This document shows positions 57,266 to 64,000 of a stretch of 64,000 bases of DNA, one piece after another; within the stretch, counting starts at the first letter, position 1, and each line of letters starts with the position of its first letter. The notes under the pieces are model-generated. The model saw nothing but the letters and a program-made list of their open reading frames with translations. It was not told the origin of the DNA and did not search any database. Made by a program: the position numbers and the translations under genes. The stretch lies in assembly GCA_050294405.1 (NCBI GenBank), contig JBNKOC010000023.1:1-64000 (forward strand). The letters run 5' to 3'. Origin of the DNA: Fibrobacteria bacterium. Its GTDB lineage: Bacteria > Fibrobacterota > Fibrobacteria > UBA11236 > JADFYW01.

Positions 57266-58747
57266 ATGGAAAACAATTCAAATGGGAACATTAACTTTAC
57301 TTCCCTCGCTTTAGCACCGCAAATATTAAAGGCCGTTTCTCAAAAGGGCTACTCCAACCCCACCCCTATTCAGGCACAAGCCATTCCTCCCATTCTCGAA
57401 GGACGAGATGTAATGGCTGCAGCCCAGACAGGCACTGGAAAAACCGCAGGTTTTACCCTGCCCATATTACATCGCTTATCCCAGGGGCCCAAGGCATCAA
57501 ACAAGCAAGTTAGGGCATTGATATTAACACCCACCAGGGAATTAGCTGCGCAAATTGAACAAAGTGTAAAAGATTACGGAAAGGGCCTTCCCCTCTCTTC
57601 TGCTGTTGTATTTGGGGGTGTTAACATCGGCCCTCAAATACAAAAATTAAGGCTGGGTGCGGATATTCTTATTGCTACTCCCGGCAGACTGCTCGATCTT
57701 TTTGAAAGGGGAGCCATAAATTTTAATAAACTGGAAGTATTGGTATTGGATGAAGCCGACCGAATGCTGGACATGGGGTTTATCCACGACATAAAAAGGG
57801 TGATTAAACTTTTGCCCGCAAAACGCCAGAACCTGCTTTTTTCAGCTACCTTTTCAGAGGCCATCCGTACATTGGCAAAAGGTTTTGTAAATAACCCTGT
57901 GGAAGTGGTTACTACTGTCCGCAACTCAACAGTGGAAACAATCAAACAGGTTATACATCCTGTTAGTAAAAATCTAAAATCCAAATTGCTGATAAAACTA
58001 ATTCAGGAAAAAAACTGGAAACAGGTTTTGGTTTTCAGCCGCACCAAACACGGGGCAAACAAATTGGTAAAAGTTTTGGAAAAAGAAAACATTAACTCCG
58101 CGGCAATCCACGGCAATAAAAGCCAAACCGCCCGCACAAAAGCCCTGTTGGATTTTAAAAAAGGCACAACCCGTATTTTAGTAGCCACAGATATCGCTGC
58201 TCGAGGATTGGATATCCATCAACTGCCTCAGGTAGTTAATTTCGATTTGCCAAGTGTGCCAGAAGATTATGTACATCGCATAGGCCGTACCGGACGGGCA
58301 GGCGGAGTGGGGTTTGCCGCTTCTTTGGTATCTCCAGATGAGTCTAAACAACTGTCCGATATAGAAAATTTGATTCGGAAAAAAATCAGCGCTGAAATAA
58401 TCCCAGGTTTTGAACCATCCAAAAATTCTGATAAAGAGGAAGTTCTTTCCAAACATTCCCAAACTAGCAGAAATAGTCTTCGGAATAAGCCAAGCCGGTC
58501 CGGCAGACCATTTCAAAGATTTTCAACTGAAGAAAAAAACAGAGAACCTGAAGCCTCCAGGCCCACTCGCAGGAACCGAAAATTAAGAAGCGTTCTGACG
58601 TTTTCTAATAAAGATTCTGGAAATGAAATTAAAGAACCAGCCTCAAATGAGCCTTTTGGCCGTACTCGCTCAAAATTCAGGAAACATAAAGGCTTTAAGT
58701 CTAAAAACAAAGGCTTGAATAAAAATCCAAGCCTTGCAACTGCTTAA
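57266..58747 (+). CDS. rhlE: DEAD-box RNA helicase (RhlE-like)
   Basis: [44 protein letters not shown]; basic tail. Confidence 0.92.
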   Translation: MENNSNGNINFTSLALAPQILKAVSQKGYSNPTPIQAQAIPPILEGRDVMAAAQTGTGKTAGFTLPILHRLSQGPKASNKQVRALILTPTRELAAQIEQSVKDYGKGLPLSSAVVFGGVNIGPQIQKLRLGADILIATPGRLLDLFERGAINFNKLEVLVLDEADRMLDMGFIHDIKRVIKLLPAKRQNLLFSATFSEAIRTLAKGFVNNPVEVVTTVRNSTVETIKQVIHPVSKNLKSKLLIKLIQEKNWKQVLVFSRTKHGANKLVKVLEKENINSAAIHGNKSQTARTKALLDFKKGTTRILVATDIAARGLDIHQLPQVVNFDLPSVPEDYVHRIGRTGRAGGVGFAASLVSPDESKQLSDIENLIRKKISAEIIPGFEPSKNSDKEEVLSKHSQTSRNSLRNKPSRSGRPFQRFSTEEKNREPEASRPTRRNRKLRSVLTFSNKDSGNEIKEPASNEPFGRTRSKFRKHKGFKSKNKGLNKNPSLATA

Positions 58748-58791
58748 AAATAAAAGACAGCTTAAAAAAATTGATGATCAAAGCTGTTGGA

Positions 58792-59166
58792 TTATTTAAA
58801 ATCCAGCAGCTCCACTTCAAAAATTAAAGTGGCATTGGGAGGAATGGGGCCAATACCTTCTGAGCCATAACCCAGGTCTGGCGGCAAAATGATAATTCTT
58901 TTTTCCCCTTTGGGCATATCTAAAAAGGCCTCATCCCAACCAGGAATCACTTCGCCAAGTCCCACTTGAAATTCAAAGGGGTCGTTTCTATCCACGGAGC
59001 TGTCAAATTTTTCTCCATCGGGAAGTTTGCCAGTGTAATGGGCTTTTACCAATTGTCCTCTTTTTGGTTTTGCTCCCTGCCCTTCTTCGATTACGGTGTA
59101 GCGCAAGCCGCTGGAAGTGGTTGAAAATTCAAAAGCTGCTTCCAGCTCCGCTAAATATTTTGCCAT
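58792..59166 (-). CDS. FKBP-type peptidyl-prolyl isomerase
   Basis: HYTG, FDSS, VIPGWDE, LGYG, IPPNATLIFEVEL. Confidence 0.95.
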   Translation of the reverse strand: MAKYLAELEAAFEFSTTSSGLRYTVIEEGQGAKPKRGQLVKAHYTGKLPDGEKFDSSVDRNDPFEFQVGLGEVIPGWDEAFLDMPKGEKRIIILPPDLGYGSEGIGPIPPNATLIFEVELLDFK

Positions 59167-59178
59167 GTTAATATGCTC

Positions 59179-59805
59179 CTAAGTGAAAAAGAAAAAAACC
59201 AAAGCTGCCTGGACGGCCCCAATTAAAAAGCCAATGACCCCGCCTAATTGTTCAATGTTGCGAAATTCTCTTTTGGCGATTTCTTCGATAATGGATTCCA
59301 ATTGTTCCAAATCAAAGGCCAGAATATTTTTTTCAATGGTAGCCTGCAAATCCAAGTTACCTGCAAGACCATCTGCTAATTTGGCAGCAAACTCCCCAGC
59401 GTTTTGGCTAAAGCTATCCGCAATTTTATCTCTAATTTCAGCTAACTTATCGGCAGGTAAAAACATCTGAATCATGGGAATAATGGAAAGAATATCCCCA
59501 ATCTTTTCATCCCATTTTTCTACGATGTATTTTTTCATGGCAGCCTGGGAATCGACTTTTTTAACAAAGTCGATAATATTTTCTTCCGTTAGAAAATCCT
59601 TAGCAATAGCTTTTGAAATTCTCTTAGCTAATTCCTGATGGCGACGGGGTAATAACCCCTGAATTTTTAGGCCTAACACATTCACTGGGTGGATGGGACG
59701 AAGCAGCATTTTTACTGCCACAAAATTGGTAAACCATCCAATGGCCCCGGAAATAAAAGGCATTAAAATCAGGACAATAAATTGGGGATTAAAATTGAAT
59801 TCCAT
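59179..59805 (-). CDS. DUF445-family membrane protein
   Basis: IGWFTNFVAVKMLLRP, QGLLPRR, IEQLGGVIGFLIG. Confidence 0.88.
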   Translation of the reverse strand: MEFNFNPQFIVLILMPFISGAIGWFTNFVAVKMLLRPIHPVNVLGLKIQGLLPRRHQELAKRISKAIAKDFLTEENIIDFVKKVDSQAAMKKYIVEKWDEKIGDILSIIPMIQMFLPADKLAEIRDKIADSFSQNAGEFAAKLADGLAGNLDLQATIEKNILAFDLEQLESIIEEIAKREFRNIEQLGGVIGFLIGAVQAALVFFFFT

Positions 59806-59911
59806 AATATTTTTCCAATAACTGGCTGTAATTTAATAAAATTGCCAATTATTGGGGGATTGCTAGTTTAATGAGCTGGACAAAAGGCCTTTTAGTTACC
59901 ATAATTTAAAG

Positions 59912-60190
59912 ATGTGGCGATATTCAGACGTAGAAAAAGCCCTAAAACGGCAACTGGGAAGGGAAGACTCCCCTTTGTTAAACCGGGTTCAGGAAAATAA
60001 CCGCCTTATTCTCCACAACTTTGAAGTGGAGGTGGAGCGTCATTTGTGTTGTGGCCTTTTGGGCTGCGAACAAAGCTTTTCCATCCAACTTATCCCAAAT
60101 CAGATACTTTACCCCAAATTTTGCGAAGAGCACCGTACGGAGCACAGACGCCGACAGTTTTTGCTTTCTAAGCCTGTAAAAATTTCCTAA
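59912..60190 (+). CDS. Small Cys/His-containing hypothetical protein
   Basis: CCGLLGC...YPKFCEEHR, potential metal ligands. Confidence 0.65.
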   Translation: MWRYSDVEKALKRQLGREDSPLLNRVQENNRLILHNFEVEVERHLCCGLLGCEQSFSIQLIPNQILYPKFCEEHRTEHRRRQFLLSKPVKIS

Positions 60191-60202
60191 GATTATGGCT
60201 AT

Positions 60203-60823
60203 ATGCTAAATAAACTGCTGCTTGGCTCAGTGGTGATACTGCTAAAACTTTGGATGAAAAGTTGGCGTATCCGAATGGTTCGGGGCAAAGAGCCACTAAA
60301 TAAAGTCCTTATTACACTTTGGCACGAACATTTACCCATATGTATGCGGGCATTTAAAAACCAGGGCTATTGTGTTTTAATTTCCCAAAGCAAGGACGGG
60401 GATATTGCTGCAAAAATTTGCCAGGACTGGGGATATCAGGTGTTTCGGGGAAGCAGCTCCAAGGGAGCTGTGGGAGGTTTAAAATCCCTGTTGGATTTTT
60501 ACAAGCAAAACCCACAATCCCCAGGAATAGGTATGGCTTTAGATGGGCCCAGAGGCCCCTACCACCATATTAATTCCAGCACCAACTGGCTTTGCCAGCA
60601 ACTGGAACTCACCGCTTTGTTCCCAAAAATTAAGGTAAAGTATTTTTTCCGACTTAAAAACTGGGACAGAACTTTAATTCCCCTGCCCTTTTCTACCATA
60701 TACATTGAGCTCACTCAATTTATTTCTGTAAAGCAGGAGGTTTCAACGGCCCGACTGGATATGGATGGGGACTATGTATTCGGTTTGTCTTCCAGCAAAG
60801 TGGGAGCGGCCTCGAAATCGTAA
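60203..60823 (+). CDS. DUF374 / lysophospholipid acyltransferase-family protein
   Basis: LWHE, ISQSKDG, RGSSSKG, DGPRGP, WDRTLIPLPFS. Confidence 0.88.
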   Translation: MLNKLLLGSVVILLKLWMKSWRIRMVRGKEPLNKVLITLWHEHLPICMRAFKNQGYCVLISQSKDGDIAAKICQDWGYQVFRGSSSKGAVGGLKSLLDFYKQNPQSPGIGMALDGPRGPYHHINSSTNWLCQQLELTALFPKIKVKYFFRLKNWDRTLIPLPFSTIYIELTQFISVKQEVSTARLDMDGDYVFGLSSSKVGAASKS

Positions 60824-63800
60824 AAACGGCTTTGGGTAAAGGGGTTCACCACCTCTCGCAATTCGCAGCCTATTTTTACATCTATATCGTATTTGTTCTC
60901 CACCCTTATTCTCCAATAGGCATCAAAGCCCGTTCCACGGGGTTTAAACCTTCTTGATTTTTCTAAAACCCTGAAAATACCCCATGGGCCTGGGGCCTCT
61001 ATGGTTTGGGATTTTCCATTGGGCAGGGTAACCTTAATAGAAGCTCCTTTATGGGCGTTGTCATTTGGCCATTCCACCGTTTGATTTAGCTTGGGAGTTA
61101 CATTATTGGTCACCAATTCCATTTCCTGAAATTTAAACTCCACCTTGGAAGCGTTTTGGGCATGGTATAAGGTTAAACTCAAGGGAAAGGTTTTAACCTC
61201 CCGGGATAAGGCCTGAAAAACCCTGTCTGAAAGGGCAATGCCCTGGTTTAAGGTTTGCAAGGCTTCCACGGAAAAACTCATTTTTATTCCGTTCCATTGT
61301 TTGGCCACATACAAACCGTTTATTTCCGTTAAAAAAGGTTTTAAATAAGTTTTGATAAAAACATGGAAGCGCCCGCTTTCCTTATTGAAGTAATTGTTAA
61401 TATCTTCGATGTTAGCTTCGTTTGATTTATCCTTTTCAAAGGGATATCGGCCTTTTATTCTTTCTACATAAGGTTGGTAAACTTCTTTATTGTAAAACTC
61501 TTCAAGATTGCCCTGAGCCAACGAAACCAAATAAGAAAGAACTTCTCGAATAGAGGATTGCAGCAAAGGCCCTAGCCAGGACTTAACGTCATCGGGAGTT
61601 TGCTCCATTATGTTAACAGACTGGGACCAACAGTGCACCAAAGGATTTGCCGGAGCATTGGAATATACATCCTGTAAATATTTTAAAATGGGAATTCCTG
61701 GTTTATCATGCAGAGAAAATTGATTTAAATCCGCACCCAGCGTTTTAATGCCATCAATGTAATGCCTGAGAATCCCTGGGTTTCCTTCATCTCCATTTAG
61801 GAGGGCTATTATGTTAAAACTTTCCAACAGTTCTTTTCTGGGGTCATCCCTGTTGTCAAAATTTTCCTTGGCCATTTTCCCTAACAGGGAATGCTTTGTT
61901 TTGCGTTTAATTTCATTATCCACATGTTTGTTTTTTGGAGGAATAAGATTTACTTCCTCTAAAGTGCGGCTAAAAACCCGTTTAAGCCCTTGGGTCTCCG
62001 AACCAAAACCAACAATGCGTCCGGACATCATGGTTAAATTTGTGGGAACTTCGGTTTTCAGACTCGCCAAAAACTTTAACCATTCTTTTCTATACTCTTC
62101 AAAGTATCTGGTTTTTAAAGCTCGGGCCAATTTTCTTTTATCTGCCATTTCAGGTGGAAGCTCGGAAATCCGTCCTCCCATGACCCAATCTTTTTTGTGG
62201 GGCTTTTCTGCCGCTTCGTCAATGTAAGCTAACACCCCTTGTTCAAAGGCCGCTTTGGTATAAAATCCCCTTACCTTACTGGAGCTGGTTATCAGTCCAT
62301 CAGCGCTAAGGCCCATGCTTTCAAGGGTAAGGTCCTCATAATCTTTTGCCTGAGAAACAATAGAGTTGTACAAACCATCTATGGATGGAGTTCCCTGTAA
62401 GGCCTCGCGGGCCGATTCCACAGATTTTTTATCGGACTGGTATTTTTTGTTTCCATCTGTGGGCAGCTTTCCCGCTAAAAGATCTTTAGAATATCTCTCT
62501 GCCTGTTCCTCCAATTGTCTTTCAAAATTTGGAGGCAAATACATAAGGCCCACTTTTTCAGAAAGATTTTTATTCCAATTTGAGAACAGACCCTGAGAAA
62601 GCTGGTAAGTATCTATTTCTTTACGGTGAGGAATGCCCATGTCTGTCACACTTAAATAAAGAGCTAAATCAGAATACAAGCGGTCTCTGTCCTCCGCAGA
62701 ATAATAAGAGCTGTAATACAAGTCTCCTCTAAGTTGTTCCAGCATGGCCCCAACTACTAGGTTGTGGAGGTGGAAGTAATATACCTTGCGTAATTTTTCC
62801 AAGGCCAGTGAACTAAAGTCATAACCCGGCCCTAAAGACCAGGGCGAGCCGTGTTCTTCATGGTTTTCATATAAATTGATTTGCGCAGCCACTTGCTCAA
62901 ACAGTTCAAACTCTTGCTTAAAGTTATCGGGGTTTTGCCAGCGTATGCGTTTGGATTTGGAAATAGCCTCCACGGTTTTTTTAGAAAGGGAAGAAGAGTG
63001 TAGGTAACTAAGCCCCCCGTAAGCTAAAAACATACATCCCAATACAATCATGGCTGTCACGCTGGCCAAAACATTGCGGGACATTTTTGTTTTTCGGTAA
63101 GCAGGAAAGCTGCTGAGATTTGAGTCGGACTTTAGCAATCCATTAAATAACAAACCGGAAAAATAAGCGCTGTACCTACCCTCCGAAGCCTGCTGTTTAA
63201 ACACGGGCTTGTCTAAATTCTGATGGGGGTTTAAGGGATGGGACATGATAGTGTCCGAAAACCCGCTGTCAAACCCTTGTGGCTCCGCTATTGCTGAAGG
63301 CGCGTTAGCTTGGGTGATGGAAGTAAAGAAAAAACCTCTGAACAACGGGCGTTCAGCCTGTAGGGTTTTGCGAAAAACATCATCCACAAAACGTCCCAGT
63401 TTTTCCCGCATGGCTCCAAATTCATTGGGGAACAAAAACACCCTTTGTTTTTCCACAGGGCTGTGGACTTCTGCCAATCGGCTTAAGGTTTTAGACTGAA
63501 TGCTCTGATACAGCCTGTCAAACTCCCTTTCAAAGGCGGGGCGCGGGGCCAGGGGATTTTGGTAAATTGGAAGTGCGGCGCCTAAAATTTGTTCTTGTTC
63601 TACACCTTTTAAATTGGAACAAAAATCACCAAAACCAGGTAAAGCGTCTAAATGGGTAAAATTAAGGTAAACAGGAATATCAAGAGCACTGGACTTCAAG
63701 GCTATGGTTAGACGCTCCCTGAGTTCTACACTTAAATGTTCAATACTGTCATTACTGCCGGCCAACTCCTGGATGTTAACGGCAATTAAAATTTGATCTA

Positions 63801-64000
63801 AACATTTTTCTTTGCCTTCCCGGCGCAATATGCTTAAGTATGTTTCCAGTTCTCCTTCTCCGGGAGCCGACATGGAATTATATAAACTATAGGGCGCTTC
63901 AATATATACGGAATGGCCACTAATATACCAAGTGCAAAAATTGTGGGAGCGTTGGCTAGCTTCTCCGGGTGCAGGAAAAACTCTGGAGATGGCCTGGCCG
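60772..64000 (-). CDS. tssM: Type VI secretion membrane subunit TssM/IcmF (5' end lies beyond the window)
   Basis: Frame is open to base 64000. IPVYLNFTHLDALPGF, FLFPNEF, LFRGFFFTS, one TM, VRGFYT, GRYPF and C-terminal GPWGIFRVL match the ImcF architecture. Confidence 0.85.
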   Translation of the reverse strand, partial: GQAISRVFPAPGEASQRSHNFCTWYISGHSVYIEAPYSLYNSMSAPGEGELETYLSILRREGKEKCLDQILIAVNIQELAGSNDSIEHLSVELRERLTIALKSSALDIPVYLNFTHLDALPGFGDFCSNLKGVEQEQILGAALPIYQNPLAPRPAFEREFDRLYQSIQSKTLSRLAEVHSPVEKQRVFLFPNEFGAMREKLGRFVDDVFRKTLQAERPLFRGFFFTSITQANAPSAIAEPQGFDSGFSDTIMSHPLNPHQNLDKPVFKQQASEGRYSAYFSGLLFNGLLKSDSNLSSFPAYRKTKMSRNVLASVTAMIVLGCMFLAYGGLSYLHSSSLSKKTVEAISKSKRIRWQNPDNFKQEFELFEQVAAQINLYENHEEHGSPWSLGPGYDFSSLALEKLRKVYYFHLHNLVVGAMLEQLRGDLYYSSYYSAEDRDRLYSDLALYLSVTDMGIPHRKEIDTYQLSQGLFSNWNKNLSEKVGLMYLPPNFERQLEEQAERYSKDLLAGKLPTDGNKKYQSDKKSVESAREALQGTPSIDGLYNSIVSQAKDYEDLTLESMGLSADGLITSSSKVRGFYTKAAFEQGVLAYIDEAAEKPHKKDWVMGGRISELPPEMADKRKLARALKTRYFEEYRKEWLKFLASLKTEVPTNLTMMSGRIVGFGSETQGLKRVFSRTLEEVNLIPPKNKHVDNEIKRKTKHSLLGKMAKENFDNRDDPRKELLESFNIIALLNGDEGNPGILRHYIDGIKTLGADLNQFSLHDKPGIPILKYLQDVYSNAPANPLVHCWSQSVNIMEQTPDDVKSWLGPLLQSSIREVLSYLVSLAQGNLEEFYNKEVYQPYVERIKGRYPFEKDKSNEANIEDINNYFNKESGRFHVFIKTYLKPFLTEINGLYVAKQWNGIKMSFSVEALQTLNQGIALSDRVFQALSREVKTFPLSLTLYHAQNASKVEFKFQEMELVTNNVTPKLNQTVEWPNDNAHKGASIKVTLPNGKSQTIEAPGPWGIFRVLEKSRRFKPRGTGFDAYWRIRVENKYDIDVKIGCELREVVNPFTQSRFYDFEAAPTLLEDKPNT

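Overview
Bacterial chromosomal window of mostly housekeeping genes from a diderm organism (LptD, lipoproteins). The gene content resembles the Fibrobacterota/FCB group, but that placement is an unverified impression. 1-9.1 kb is a visibly AT-richer surface-polysaccharide locus: GT2s, a Wzy-like protein, a CapK-like ligase and a fused phosphoglycosyl-transferase/4,6-dehydratase. It is followed by a frameshifted GT4, signalling genes (pseudo-receiver-DUF2225-like, FHA, histidine kinase, HDOD, PilZ, orphan fliN), maf, rodZ-like, hisB, lptD, a pilMNOPQ operon with an unusually large PilP, and aspS. Next come three paralogous small coiled-coil lipoproteins plus a LysM protein, phoH, tRNA-Val and tRNA-Asp, comEC, STAS-DUF2225-like, nnr-nadK-recN-pgsA-like, a BamA/TamA-like protein and RNase P RNA. 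A minus-strand run then encodes REC-HATPase, dnaX, ybaB, a SufU-TusA fusion and hemC-hemD-hemL, followed by hslO, DJ-1, an aminotransferase, a DEAD-box helicase, FKBP and the 3' part of a TssM/IcmF gene. No CRISPR array, transposase or prophage was seen. Best candidates for undescribed biology: (i) DUF2225-like Zn/helical domains fused to phospho-dead REC and STAS input domains; (ii) a coiled-coil lipoprotein family paired with a LysM protein, a possible Lpp-like envelope tether; (iii) a dnaX A11 slippage site; (iv) a remodelled PilP/PilQ; (v) the SufU-TusA fusion; (vi) an exact 18-bp dispersed intergenic motif and three sigma28-like promoters. All family assignments come from motifs read by eye, not from database searches.
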